Translations under genes and position numbers: made by a program
Shown here: positions 1 through 10,678 of the stretch, piece by piece
Layout: every line of letters starts with the position of its first letter
Position numbering within the stretch: the first letter of the stretch is position 1
Notes under the pieces: generated by a model
Told to the model about the DNA's origin: nothing
The model's database searches: none
Seen by the model: the letters and a program-made list of their open reading frames with translations, nothing else
IMG/VR virus record: IMGVR_UViG_3300021091_005099
Span: 32,001-96,000 of that record
Strand: one strand, 5' to 3'
Length of the DNA stretch: 64,000 nucleotides
DNA from: a virus

Positions 1-2
1 AT

Positions 3-1283
3 GGTCAGTTGTATGTGTATTCGGGAACGGGATGGCAGCTGATCGGACCAACCACAGTGTCGGGAACTGGAGTCACCCAGGTGGTCCCAGACAGTGTGCG
101 TGACAACGTGGGAGTTTTTAAATCTTTTTTAAAATTATTAGTTGACGATCAAATCGTAGCCATAGTTGCTAGGGAACAGTTCACTCCACTGACCGCAATC
201 ACGGGATTCACCACAATCCAAAAAGGCATAACCATGAACTCCACCAGCATAGCGGGAGCCAAATTCGTTGGAACCGCAACCAATTCAGAACTGTTTGGTG
301 GATTATCAGTCAATGATTTTTTAAAATCCAGCGAAGCAGAAACCACGAACTATCAATTTACCGTAGCTTCTGATGACGGCTTGCTGGTAGGAAATAGCTC
401 AGATGCATTGTTGGGAATCACAGGCGGCAACAACGTGCTTTTAAAAAATAACACTGTTGGTGGAAACATATTATTCAAAGTGAATAAGAGCGGTGATGAT
501 GTCACTGCGATGTCCATAAGCGGATTGACTGGCCATGTCAGCGTGCCTAACCTCACAGTGGCTGGCACACTGACAGTCACAGGAACTCAGGTGATCTTGG
601 AGACACAGACACTGTCCATAGAAGACAATATAATAGAATTGAACAGAAATATTTCCACTGCTGCTGCCATGCCAAATTATTCTGGATTGAAAGTAAAAAG
701 GAGTGATGTTGCAGGTGGCACTAATGAGAATTTATATTGGGTTTGGGATGAAACTTTTGCAGATGACGGCACTACACTTCACGGTAATGCCGGTGGAGCA
801 TGGACCGCTTTCAGAGATCAAGGTGAGATTGCCTCTCCCATTTTGGTGGACATCAGGGCCAATGTGGTTCATGCGACTTCTACTGCAGCCCAGTATGCTG
901 ATATAGCAGAGCGTTATGCCACAGACGTGCCGCTGGAATCAGGTGATGTGGTGATATTGGGCGGGTCAAAAGAGATAACAAAATGCAATCAGGAATTGGA
1001 TCACAGAGTTTTTGGGGTAGTGTCTGAAAATCCAGCGTTTTTAATGAACAAGGATGCTGGTAATAACGACAGCCATCCCATGATTGCCCTCAAAGGTAGG
1101 GCCAGGGTGAAGGTTATTGGAAGCGGTATGGCAGGAGATCGCATCGTGTCCAGTCATATTCCTGGTGTTGCCAGGGTGGCTGTGCTTAATGAATGCACTG
1201 CATTTAACGTGCTGGGTAGGCTGCTCAGTGATAAATATAATGCGCTATTAAGTTTAACAGAATGTGTAATAGGAGTCAAATAG
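3..1283 (+). CDS. Tail fiber/baseplate-type virion protein, 5'-truncated, with C-terminal intramolecular-chaperone (peptidase G2/IMC-like) domain
   Basis: Frame is open from the window edge; Gly/Thr/Ser-rich beta-type sequence; C-terminal YADIAERY...GDVV...VFGVVS.NPAFLMN...IALKGR..VKV motif typical of large-phage tail proteins. Confidence 0.7.
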   Translation, partial: GQLYVYSGTGWQLIGPTTVSGTGVTQVVPDSVRDNVGVFKSFLKLLVDDQIVAIVAREQFTPLTAITGFTTIQKGITMNSTSIAGAKFVGTATNSELFGGLSVNDFLKSSEAETTNYQFTVASDDGLLVGNSSDALLGITGGNNVLLKNNTVGGNILFKVNKSGDDVTAMSISGLTGHVSVPNLTVAGTLTVTGTQVILETQTLSIEDNIIELNRNISTAAAMPNYSGLKVKRSDVAGGTNENLYWVWDETFADDGTTLHGNAGGAWTAFRDQGEIASPILVDIRANVVHATSTAAQYADIAERYATDVPLESGDVVILGGSKEITKCNQELDHRVFGVVSENPAFLMNKDAGNNDSHPMIALKGRARVKVIGSGMAGDRIVSSHIPGVARVAVLNECTAFNVLGRLLSDKYNALLSLTECVIGVK

Positions 1284-1284
1284 T

Positions 1285-2253
1285 ATGAGTTATGTGGCCG
1301 GTGATAAGATACTAGATCAAGAGTATAATAATTTTTTAAACAGTTCAGGTGCAGTTAAAGGAATCAACTACACATTTGGCACAGGAGCCCTTCAACATGG
1401 ATTGGGGCAGACAGAATTGAGTTCAGTAACGGTAGGAGACACTATCACAGCCTCCCAATGGAACTCATTGTTTTCAGCCATGGACAACGTGGCCAATCAT
1501 GCCAATGACACTTTGACATCAACAGAGGCTAAATCAGCAGGAGATGTTATCGCTGTCAAAGCAGCTCTAGAGGCCGACCTAACGACACTGGCAGCATCAG
1601 TGGCGAATGGATGTCCCAATGCCACAGCACTGAGCACGTCAGCAGCTCTGCAAACTTCAGCATCCGGCACCAGATATATAGGATCACACGTAGTGGAACA
1701 TTCTATCACATTCACCAATGCCAATCAGGCACGTTTTTTCTTCAACGCAGGCGGCAAGATACAGATCAACATCACTAGAACCGGCAATGGCGGATCATCA
1801 GCTACATCCAAAGACGACTCAGTGGACCAATTGATCTCAGCACTGGGAGATTTCCGATTGAAATCACAGAATTCCTCAAGATCAGGCACAGGAGAGACAC
1901 TCACTGAGGATGGAACCAACGTTGGTTTCTACGAACTGACAACATCATATCAGACCATTATAGAATTAACACAAGATTCAGGCACATACACCACCATGTT
2001 TTTCAAAGTGGAAGCCAAAGCCGATGCAGCAGCAGGTTCCGCCTCTGTGGTGACCATCAGGACTTCTATAGTGGATCCAGATTCAGGTGATAGCGAATTC
2101 ACCGCTGGTAACACATCAGGTGTGGATCAATATGCCAACTTCATTGGCACAACCAACGTGGTACTGAAGACTGTGAATCCAACCACAGCAGAAGGTCTTG
2201 CCACGGTGTACACGCCAGACTCCACTGCAGTAGTATCAAATACCACGACATAA
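1285..2253 (+). CDS. Ser/Thr-rich virion structural protein (tail-associated)
   Basis: 322 aa, very S/T/A/G-rich, ARFFFNAGGKI motif, starts 1 nt after the tail fiber gene. Confidence 0.6.
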   Translation: MSYVAGDKILDQEYNNFLNSSGAVKGINYTFGTGALQHGLGQTELSSVTVGDTITASQWNSLFSAMDNVANHANDTLTSTEAKSAGDVIAVKAALEADLTTLAASVANGCPNATALSTSAALQTSASGTRYIGSHVVEHSITFTNANQARFFFNAGGKIQINITRTGNGGSSATSKDDSVDQLISALGDFRLKSQNSSRSGTGETLTEDGTNVGFYELTTSYQTIIELTQDSGTYTTMFFKVEAKADAAAGSASVVTIRTSIVDPDSGDSEFTAGNTSGVDQYANFIGTTNVVLKTVNPTTAEGLATVYTPDSTAVVSNTTT

Positions 2254-2268
2254 AAACTTTTTACCAGC

Positions 2269-2297
2269 TTGATTTTTTCCATAATTAGCTGTACAAT
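2269..2297 (+). promoter_or_regulatory. Sigma70-like promoter with nested late-like TAATTA box
   Basis: TTGATT-17 bp-TACAAT; ATG lies 6 nt after the -10; TAATTA at 2282-2287. Confidence 0.6.
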
Positions 2298-2303
2298 ACA
2301 GAT

Positions 2304-2618
2304 ATGGATATTAAATCTTTGCGTGACCGATCTGACCTCAGCTTTGATATCGCTGTTGCCAAGAAGAATGCACTGGAACGAGCAAAATCTCGTCAGATCG
2401 TAGCATACAACAATCATCTTTTTCATGCTGACGCCGACACCATTAATATTGTCAGTGTATTAAAACAACAGCACGACAGATTTTTCATACTGGATACCAA
2501 TGATAATCCTTGCGAGATCACTGATCCACAAGGATTCTTAGATGTCTTGATACAGCGCAATCAAGAAGCACTCAATGAATATCATCAGTTGCACCAGCGA
2601 TTGAAGAAAAAAATATAA
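2304..2618 (+). CDS. Hypothetical protein (first gene of the modification operon)
   Basis: 104 aa ORF directly after the promoter. Confidence 0.6.
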   Translation: MDIKSLRDRSDLSFDIAVAKKNALERAKSRQIVAYNNHLFHADADTINIVSVLKQQHDRFFILDTNDNPCEITDPQGFLDVLIQRNQEALNEYHQLHQRLKKKI

Positions 2619-2620
2619 AA

Positions 2621-3379
2621 ATGTCAGTGGGAGCATTAATCTACTGTTTCGATTCGGATCAATTGCAATATCATCGCGTTGCTAATTTTTGCATACGTCA
2701 GGTCAAAAGAAATCTAGGGCTGCCTGTCACAGTGGTGACCAATGAGGCCACGAGAAAAAACATACAGGAAGCAGATCGATTAGTACTTGTGGAAAATGCC
2801 CGAGGCAATAAGCGTTATTACAAGAACAGACCCATCCCATGGTACAATCTAGAGAGGGCCATGGCCTATGATCATTCTCCGTATGATACCACCATACTTT
2901 TGGACGCTGATTATTTTGTCTATACCGGCAACTTATTATCATTCACTAACAGCAAATATGATTTTGTGTTGCATGATCGTGTGCATGATCTCACCAACAG
3001 GGGGAGTTTCCTCTATGAGACAAAGAGCATGATACCCTTGGTATGGGCCACAGTGACTATCTTCAAGAAAACTTCCTTCTCCAGGAAAATTTTTGATCTG
3101 ATACAGCACATACAGCAGCATTATGATTATTTCTGTAACCTGTACAGGATAGAGTTTCGTAATTTTAGGAATGATTACGCCTTTGCAATGGCGTTGCATC
3201 AGCTGAACGGATTCACAAAACAGTATTTCATACCATCCGCCATGGCCATGTTGCCCATGGACACGCAAATTTTAAAGATAGACGAGACGGGATTGATATT
3301 CAAACACGACAAATATATGAATTTGATCTCGGATCAGGATGTGCATGTGCTTAACAAGGAGATACCTTTCAATGTCTAA
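2621..3379 (+). CDS. GT-A fold glycosyltransferase-like protein
   Basis: SPYDTTILLDADY (DxD); similar to the next gene. Confidence 0.6.
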   Translation: MSVGALIYCFDSDQLQYHRVANFCIRQVKRNLGLPVTVVTNEATRKNIQEADRLVLVENARGNKRYYKNRPIPWYNLERAMAYDHSPYDTTILLDADYFVYTGNLLSFTNSKYDFVLHDRVHDLTNRGSFLYETKSMIPLVWATVTIFKKTSFSRKIFDLIQHIQQHYDYFCNLYRIEFRNFRNDYAFAMALHQLNGFTKQYFIPSAMAMLPMDTQILKIDETGLIFKHDKYMNLISDQDVHVLNKEIPFNV

Positions 3380-4178
3380 GGGTTTTCTCTGGTTCGCCCA
3401 GAACAATGACAGCACAGATTATGCCAAACTGAGTGTCGCCCTGGCAAGATCAATCAAGAAAAATTGCAAGATTAATAATGTTTGCGTGATTGTGGACGAG
3501 CATACAAAGATACAGAGCGAATATGTGGACTCGGTGATTGTTTTGAAACAGGATCACAGCCAAGATCAATCATTGAAATTTGCCAACGAACACAAAGCAT
3601 TCAAACTATCACCATTCACCCATACCATAAAATTAGAAGCAGACATGCTGTTCACGCACAATGTCGACTGGTGGTGGAATCATCTGTGTCAGCATGACCT
3701 TGTGTTTGCCGTGAACTGTAGGAACTATCAAGACCAGATAATTAAAAAAACTCCTTATAGGAAATTGTTCCATCAAAATAATCTACCAGATGTTTACAAC
3801 GGACTGACCTATTTTAGGCGCAGTGAAAGAGCCATGCAATTTTTTAAATTGTGCAAAGCCATTACTGATAATTGGACGCAGGTTCAGAATGGGCTATTAA
3901 TAAATTGCCATGAGCAATATCCCTCAACGGACATTGTGTATTCCCTCGCCTACAGGATCATGGATCCTCTCCAAATGCACTTGATAGATTATCCGTGGTT
4001 TAAATTCATACATGGCAAGCCTGAAATAAATGGTGTGGCGAATGCTGTAGATCAATACAATTATCTCAATCCAGTTTTCATGGATGACAGAATGTATGTG
4101 GGAGGACGTAGGTTCGACCGCATTTGGCATTACCATGATAAAAAAATGATAGATATTTTTCATGACAGAATTTTTTAA
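3372..4178 (+). CDS. GT-A fold glycosyltransferase-like protein
   Basis: SPFTHTIKLEADML (ExD variant), YNGLTYF, STD, WHYHDK; start moved to ATG 3372. Confidence 0.6.
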   Translation: MSKGFLWFAQNNDSTDYAKLSVALARSIKKNCKINNVCVIVDEHTKIQSEYVDSVIVLKQDHSQDQSLKFANEHKAFKLSPFTHTIKLEADMLFTHNVDWWWNHLCQHDLVFAVNCRNYQDQIIKKTPYRKLFHQNNLPDVYNGLTYFRRSERAMQFFKLCKAITDNWTQVQNGLLINCHEQYPSTDIVYSLAYRIMDPLQMHLIDYPWFKFIHGKPEINGVANAVDQYNYLNPVFMDDRMYVGGRRFDRIWHYHDKKMIDIFHDRIF

Positions 4179-4500
4179 AGCATTAGATAGTTTCAAATCT
4201 GCACCGCCCGATAATAATTTCTATATGGAAGTTATCGAAACAGAGATAGTGTGTCTGCGTAGAGAAGCCAACAACAACACTGTGAAAATTACGCAGGAGC
4301 AATATAAGTTTCTGTTAGAGAATGGCATCAATAATTTTATCTATGATGGTTCTATAGGAAAGAAACATAAAAAAAGAACTCACAGAATATTTTCCTTGCT
4401 GCGTAAAGACGAAAGAGGGTATAATCTTGAACGTAATGATCCCTATTGGCCTATCGAGGTAGTGGAAGGAGGTTACACATGGCGTACACCGTCAGAATAA
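4162..4500 (+). CDS. Hypothetical protein
   Basis: 112 aa, overlaps both neighbours. Confidence 0.55.
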   Translation: MTEFFKALDSFKSAPPDNNFYMEVIETEIVCLRREANNNTVKITQEQYKFLLENGINNFIYDGSIGKKHKKRTHRIFSLLRKDERGYNLERNDPYWPIEVVEGGYTWRTPSE

Positions 4501-5375
4501 GTGACCTTGACTTTGTTTTCATCAGCTATCGCGAGCCCAACGCCGACGAGAACTACGCTGACCTGTTGAACATAGTGCCCTGGGCCAAGCGGGTGCATGG
4601 CGTTAAAGGATTTGACAACGCACACAAGGCCGCAGCCGAATGTGCAGAAACAGATTTTTTCATCAGCATAGATGGTGACAACAGGATAGATTCTACCTTT
4701 CTGTTGCAGACATTGGACTGGAGCAAGACCAATCCCGCTGCCGTGCATCGCTGGAGGGCGAGAAACATAATCAACGGACTAGTGTATGGCAATGGTGGAC
4801 TGGTCGGATGGCCAAAGAAGACATGCCTAGGCATGAAAACACATGAGAATGCAGTGGATGAGCGATCCAAGATAGATTTCTGCTGGACCGTGCCACACGA
4901 GAACCTGCACAATGTTTATTCAACAACACACATCAATCACACACCAGAACAGGCCTTCATAGCAGGATACAGGGAAGGGGTAAAAATGAGCCTAGATCGA
5001 GGACAGAAAGTTAATCCCAACGGCTTCATGGAGACAATAGAAACTGTAAATTTGAAAACTTTATTGATATGGATGAGCATCGGACAAGATGTGGACAATG
5101 GCAAGTGGGCGATGCTGGGTGCTAGATGTGGTTGCTACATGGCCACATTGGATACCAACTATGACATCACGTTGGTAAGAGATTTAGAATTTATGAGCGA
5201 CAAGTTTTCTCGCATGATGTATGATATAGAATCTGATATGGCGTCATACGGAAACTCTTTGAGACAGCGCTTGGGGCTGCCTTTGGCGGACCTCGATGCG
5301 GCAGAGAGCAAATTCTATAAGTTCTGCCAACAACCACACAGGAACAAGGGAGTGCAAGATCGTGAAAGCAAGTGA
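4479..5375 (+). CDS. Glycosyltransferase-like protein (GT-A)
   Basis: FISYREPNADENY, VHGVKG, FFISIDGDN (DxD), YGNGG. Confidence 0.6.
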   Translation: MAYTVRISDLDFVFISYREPNADENYADLLNIVPWAKRVHGVKGFDNAHKAAAECAETDFFISIDGDNRIDSTFLLQTLDWSKTNPAAVHRWRARNIINGLVYGNGGLVGWPKKTCLGMKTHENAVDERSKIDFCWTVPHENLHNVYSTTHINHTPEQAFIAGYREGVKMSLDRGQKVNPNGFMETIETVNLKTLLIWMSIGQDVDNGKWAMLGARCGCYMATLDTNYDITLVRDLEFMSDKFSRMMYDIESDMASYGNSLRQRLGLPLADLDAAESKFYKFCQQPHRNKGVQDRESK

Positions 5376-6741
5376 TTACAAACACAATGCTGATAAGGCA
5401 CAGAAGAAACTAGATAAAATTAGCCCAAGTTTCTGTCTAGCCAAATGGAATCAGGTGTCACTGCACCTGCCCACGGGACTGACCAATTCCTGCTACCATC
5501 CACCACTCCACGAAATAGATAGAGCAGCGTTGGCTCACAATCCTTCTGCTCTGCACAACACCGCACAGAAGATCTCAGAGAGACGAAAGATGATGGAGGG
5601 GCAAAGGCCCGAAGGATGTTCCTATTGCTGGAATATTGAAGACACCGGGGAGATGAGTGATCGTCATTATCGTAGTGGAGAACCCTGGGCCATGCAGGAT
5701 TTCGAAAAGATAACACAGAACCCCTTCAACCCTGCGCACACACCTTCATATGTGGAAGTCAACTTCAACAATGCCTGCAACTTTAAATGCAGCTATTGTT
5801 CCCCTCAGTTCAGCACCACGTGGGGCAAAGAGATAGATATCTATGGAGAATATCCAACCGAGCCCGCACACAACGCACCCGAACACTTCATGGGGCGCAG
5901 GAAACCAATACCCAACAGAGAAAATAATCCCTACGTGGAGGCGTTCTGGCGCTGGTGGCCGGAACTATACAAGAATTTAAAACATTTCCGCATGACCGGT
6001 GGTGAACCCATGATGGACAGCAACACATATCGGGTGTTTGATTACATTATCAATCATCCCAAACCCGATCTACATCTCAATGTGACATCCAACATGTGTC
6101 CACCCAGAGACAAATTAAAGGATCAATACTTTGACGCTGTCAAGAGGATGTGCCTGGATGGGAGCATCGAGCACTTCATGCAGTTTGTGTCCGTGGATGC
6201 TCATGGATCTCGTGCCAACTACATACGACACGGCATGAATTACAATCAATTGATGGACAATGTGGATGAATTCCTCACACGCATACCTGGCCGTAACAGC
6301 GTGAGTTTCATTATAACTTACAACAATCTCAGTGTGACGTCCCTGGACAAATTGCTAATAAATATTCGTCAATTGAGGCAGAAACATTCCACAACCTATC
6401 AAAGGATATGGTTTGACATACCTTTGCTGCGCCAGCCGGCGTGGCAGCAGATCACTTTGCTTCCGCAAAGTTATCAGCGGATACATGAGCAAAACATTGA
6501 ATATATGAGACAGCATCAAGAGAACACAGAACAGGACAACAAAGATTTTGCTGTGTTCAAGGACTTTGAGATACAAAAGATGCTGCGCAATCTCGCTTAC
6601 TGGCGCAAGCACGCTGAAATAGACAAAGCGCAGAAAAAGAATTTTTACGCATTCTTCTCGGAGCATGATCGTCGACGAGGCACAAGTTTTGAAAACACGT
6701 TTCCTGAGATGAAGGAATTTTGGCAGGAGTGTAAAAGTTAA
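5362..6741 (+). CDS. Radical SAM protein with N-terminal twitch domain (1)
   Basis: FCLAKW...SCYH, CSYCW, CNFKCSYC (CX3CX2C), TGGEP; likely GTG start at 5362. Confidence 0.85.
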   Translation: MKASDYKHNADKAQKKLDKISPSFCLAKWNQVSLHLPTGLTNSCYHPPLHEIDRAALAHNPSALHNTAQKISERRKMMEGQRPEGCSYCWNIEDTGEMSDRHYRSGEPWAMQDFEKITQNPFNPAHTPSYVEVNFNNACNFKCSYCSPQFSTTWGKEIDIYGEYPTEPAHNAPEHFMGRRKPIPNRENNPYVEAFWRWWPELYKNLKHFRMTGGEPMMDSNTYRVFDYIINHPKPDLHLNVTSNMCPPRDKLKDQYFDAVKRMCLDGSIEHFMQFVSVDAHGSRANYIRHGMNYNQLMDNVDEFLTRIPGRNSVSFIITYNNLSVTSLDKLLINIRQLRQKHSTTYQRIWFDIPLLRQPAWQQITLLPQSYQRIHEQNIEYMRQHQENTEQDNKDFAVFKDFEIQKMLRNLAYWRKHAEIDKAQKKNFYAFFSEHDRRRGTSFENTFPEMKEFWQECKS

Positions 6742-6749
6742 GGGATATC

Positions 6750-8105
6750 ATGAACGAGAACGCAGATCTGGAATATCGTAAACAAATACTGGACTTATTG
6801 AGTCCTAGTTTCTGTGGAGCCAAATGGTACAACGCCACCATATGGTTGGGATCCGGCATGACTACCAGTTGCCATCATCCACCTGCACATCAAGTGGATG
6901 TGGAGAAATTACGACACAATCCAAGATTGTTGCACAACACTCCTCAGAAGAAACAAGATCGCGCTAAAATGATTGCCGGCGAGAGGCCCGCGGGCTGCGA
7001 ATACTGCTGGAAGATAGAAGACATGGGCAGAGATGCCGTGAGCGATAGAGTTTACAAAAGCAAAATTTATCCAACGGCAGATCTGGAACGGGCATTCAGC
7101 ACTCCCATCACAGAGGACGTTAATCTTAAAACACTGGAGATTGCTTTCGACAGGACCTGTAATTTCGCCTGTTCCTATTGCAATCCTGCTTTCAGCACCA
7201 CGTGGGTGAGAGATATAAAACAACATGGTCCTTATAAAAATTTGATATCAGATGGTAGGAATCATTTCACTCATCCTCATGATGGTGCGCAATTGTACAA
7301 AGACACAGAGGAAAATCCCTACGTTGAAGCTTTCTTTAGATGGTGGGAAACAGATCTGCACAAGACCTTGGACGAGCTGAGGATCACAGGTGGAGAGCCC
7401 ATGATGAGTCCTTCCTTGTGGAGATTGTTGGATTGGTTTGAAACTCAGGGAGAACGTATCAATCCTAAAATGCGATTGGCCATTAACTCTAACCTAGTGC
7501 CCAAGGCAGAATTGTTTGCAAAGTTCATAGATAAATGTCGGAAAATAAAAAATCTACACATCTATACGTCCAATGAATCCACGTATGCCCATTCGGATTA
7601 TATCAGAGACGGCATGGACTATTCTGGCTGGTATGGCAATTTTGCCAATATCATCAATCAGATCAGACCGGCCGGCCTTCACAACATGTGCACCATTAAT
7701 GCACTGTGTCTTGAATCACTTCCCGAATTCCTAGATGTGATAGTAAGAAATAAATTAGATGCCAAGAGGGTGTATGGGGTCAATGTAAATTTCACCTTGA
7801 ACATACTGAGATTTCCTAGTTTCCAATCTCCATTGGTGTTGCCGGACTATCTACGTTCAGAGTTTCGAGATAACCTATCCCGATGGTTGGATATCAATAT
7901 AAAACATTGCGAGTTAATGGAGGTGTCCCACGTGCAGAGATTGATAGATTATCTAGACGTGGTCAAAACGCCTCATTCAGATGCATTCGATTTGCCAAGA
8001 CTAAGGTCTGACTTCAAAAATTTCTATAAACAATATGATGAGCGAAGAGGCAAAGATTTTGCGAAAACATTCGCAAGGATAGGAGAGTGGTACCGTGGCC
8101 TATGA
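6750..8105 (+). CDS. Radical SAM protein with N-terminal twitch domain (2)
   Basis: FCGAKW...SCHH, CEYCW, CNFACSYC, TGGEP. Confidence 0.85.
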   Translation: MNENADLEYRKQILDLLSPSFCGAKWYNATIWLGSGMTTSCHHPPAHQVDVEKLRHNPRLLHNTPQKKQDRAKMIAGERPAGCEYCWKIEDMGRDAVSDRVYKSKIYPTADLERAFSTPITEDVNLKTLEIAFDRTCNFACSYCNPAFSTTWVRDIKQHGPYKNLISDGRNHFTHPHDGAQLYKDTEENPYVEAFFRWWETDLHKTLDELRITGGEPMMSPSLWRLLDWFETQGERINPKMRLAINSNLVPKAELFAKFIDKCRKIKNLHIYTSNESTYAHSDYIRDGMDYSGWYGNFANIINQIRPAGLHNMCTINALCLESLPEFLDVIVRNKLDAKRVYGVNVNFTLNILRFPSFQSPLVLPDYLRSEFRDNLSRWLDINIKHCELMEVSHVQRLIDYLDVVKTPHSDAFDLPRLRSDFKNFYKQYDERRGKDFAKTFARIGEWYRGL

Positions 8106-9387
8106 GTACGGGGCTAAAGAGCCCGAGAAACTGAAGATAAAAAACATGACTACTCGTCAAAAAGAGTTGTTGTTGGATAGCGACACATTCTGTATGCTGC
8201 CATGGATGCATCTGCACGCCTATCCGGATGGTCGAGCATACCCTTGCTGTTTTGCATTTGATGCCTATCATGTGGGAGATTTGAACAAGCAATCTCTTGC
8301 TGAAGTTTTCAATGGTGATAGGATGAAACAGATGCGCTTGAACATGTTGGATAACAAGCCCTGCAAAGAGTGTGGCAAGTGTTATGATCAAGAGAAGGCA
8401 GGGTTTTTCAGCCTGAGATTGAGCTCCAACAAACATTTTGGACACAACGTGGGGTTAGTGGACACAACAAAATCTGATGGCAGTGCAGATTTTGTGATCA
8501 AATACTGGGACATACGATTCAGCAATCTCTGCAACTTCGCCTGTCGCAGTTGTGGAACATGGTTCAGCTCCAACTGGTATGAAGATCATAAAAAACTTAC
8601 AGGTTCGCCTCCTCCACATGCAAAAATTTTGAAAGTAGGCAGAACAGCAGATGACTTGTGGGAACAGATGTTGTCCCAATTCGATCATGTTGAACAGTTC
8701 TATTTCGCAGGTGGTGAACCTTTGATCATGGAAGAACATTATAGAATACTTAAAGAATTAGATAGAAGAAAGATGTACCATGTGAGACTTGTGTACAATA
8801 CCAACTTCAGCAAACTGAAATTCAAAGATATGGACGTGTTAGAGCTTTGGAACAAATTTGACACAGTGTCGGTAGGAGCCAGCCTGGACGCCGAGGGAGA
8901 AAGGGCAGAATTGATGAGAAAAGGCACAGTGTGGAAAGACATAGTGCAAAATAGAAAAAGGATGTTGGAGATATGTCCCAAAGTGGATTTCTACATCAGT
9001 GCTACAGTGGGATTAATAAATGCTCTACATGTTGTTGATTTTCATAGATCATGGATAGATCAAGGACTGATTAGGCCCATGGATTTTAATTTCAACTTGT
9101 TGCAATGGCCCAAGTGGCAGAGGATGGACAATCTACCAAAAGAATATAAGGAACAGGTGGACAAAAAATACAAGCAACACATAGAATGGCTCAAAGGCAA
9201 GGACCCTCTAACCAGAGCGACCAAGGGTTATCAGAGTGCCCTCAATTGGATGTGGATGAAAGATAACACAAAAAATTTACCGTTGTTCTTTGAACAGACA
9301 AGGAAATATGACACTATTAGACAGGAAAATATAGTAGAGGTGTTTAGTGAGTTAAAAGAATTATTTGACGTACATGAAAAGACTTAA
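8095..9387 (+). CDS. Radical SAM protein with N-terminal twitch domain (3)
   Basis: FCMLPW...PCC, CKECGKC, CNFACRSC, AGGEP. Confidence 0.85.
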   Translation: MAYEYGAKEPEKLKIKNMTTRQKELLLDSDTFCMLPWMHLHAYPDGRAYPCCFAFDAYHVGDLNKQSLAEVFNGDRMKQMRLNMLDNKPCKECGKCYDQEKAGFFSLRLSSNKHFGHNVGLVDTTKSDGSADFVIKYWDIRFSNLCNFACRSCGTWFSSNWYEDHKKLTGSPPPHAKILKVGRTADDLWEQMLSQFDHVEQFYFAGGEPLIMEEHYRILKELDRRKMYHVRLVYNTNFSKLKFKDMDVLELWNKFDTVSVGASLDAEGERAELMRKGTVWKDIVQNRKRMLEICPKVDFYISATVGLINALHVVDFHRSWIDQGLIRPMDFNFNLLQWPKWQRMDNLPKEYKEQVDKKYKQHIEWLKGKDPLTRATKGYQSALNWMWMKDNTKNLPLFFEQTRKYDTIRQENIVEVFSELKELFDVHEKT

Positions 9388-10678
9388 ACCAAACCAAGGC
9401 AATAAAACTTTTTGCATGGCTCCCTGGACCCACACCTATCTATCGCCGCAGACAGAGCGTAGGATCTGTTGCGCCTCGAGGGAGAATGCACAGAGTTTTC
9501 GTCAATACATCGACAGGCATGGAGACTTGAAGGATTATCAGCCTCAAACTTTGGACCAACATTGGAACAACGAGCACATGAAAAGTGTAAGGACTAGAAT
9601 GATGTCCGGTGAGACATTGGCAGAATGTCAGGTGTGCAACGACAAATTACTCAATACCGACGTGTATCGTGACTATTTCAATCATCTGTTCCGCAACAAG
9701 ATTGACGATGCTTTTGAAAAGACCGACGACACCGGATACACTGAGATGAAGACTGTGAGTTTTGATTATAGATTTAATAATCTTTGTAATTTCAAATGCC
9801 GGCAATGCGGTGATATGTTAAGTTCAAGCTGGGAATCAGAACAAAGAAGCCATGATATGTGGTCCCCGGAGAGGCAGCCCTGGATGGCAGCGCCACTGAG
9901 ACAACAGATCTCATATTTTCAAGACAGCACCGTGGTGTTAGAGTTCATGAATGCAATAGAGGACAAGCGCATGGAGGAGATATATTGGGTTGGTGGAGAG
10001 CCCTTGATGTGGGACATACACTGGACAGCAATGGACAGAATCATTCAATTAAAATTCAGCGACAGGGTATACGTAAGATACAACACTAACCTAAGTCGCA
10101 CACAATTCAAGGGCAAAAAACTTTTCGATCTTCTTGGACATTTCAGAGATTGGCAGGTCTGTGCGTCACTAGATGGCACAGGAGAAATAGGAGAATACAT
10201 AAGGACCGGACTTGACTATGAAAAATTTCTAGCAAATTTCAAGGAGGGACTATCAGTTGCCCGAAATAAAAGACAGATGCAGTTAGACTTCACGATAACC
10301 ATGCCCGGAATGCAGGAGATACGTAGCATGTTTGACCTATCGCAGCAATTGAACGCTAAACTATTGACCAAGGTTACCTTTGCTTTTGACTCACAGCAGA
10401 TTATGTCTCCCATGTGTCTGCCAAAGCCGCTTTTGCATCAACTGATCGATGAAAATTTAGATTACATTAAACCAAGAGCGACTGCTATGCAAAAGAGCTT
10501 AGTAGATGTGCTAGAAAACATGAAGACACGTCCAACTTTCTGGGAGGAGTACCCAAAAGCAGAAATAGGTATCCGCTCAGGAAAAAAAAGATGTGAAAAA
10601 ATTGACACGATACGTGGAACAGATATAAAAAAAATATTGATAGACGAAAGATTATTAGAATGGTGGAAAAATATCTAA
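9374..10678 (+). CDS. Radical SAM protein with N-terminal twitch domain (4)
   Basis: FCMAPW...ICC, CQVC, CNFKCRQC, VGGEP. Confidence 0.85.
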   Translation: MKRLKPNQGNKTFCMAPWTHTYLSPQTERRICCASRENAQSFRQYIDRHGDLKDYQPQTLDQHWNNEHMKSVRTRMMSGETLAECQVCNDKLLNTDVYRDYFNHLFRNKIDDAFEKTDDTGYTEMKTVSFDYRFNNLCNFKCRQCGDMLSSSWESEQRSHDMWSPERQPWMAAPLRQQISYFQDSTVVLEFMNAIEDKRMEEIYWVGGEPLMWDIHWTAMDRIIQLKFSDRVYVRYNTNLSRTQFKGKKLFDLLGHFRDWQVCASLDGTGEIGEYIRTGLDYEKFLANFKEGLSVARNKRQMQLDFTITMPGMQEIRSMFDLSQQLNAKLLTKVTFAFDSQQIMSPMCLPKPLLHQLIDENLDYIKPRATAMQKSLVDVLENMKTRPTFWEEYPKAEIGIRSGKKRCEKIDTIRGTDIKKILIDERLLEWWKNI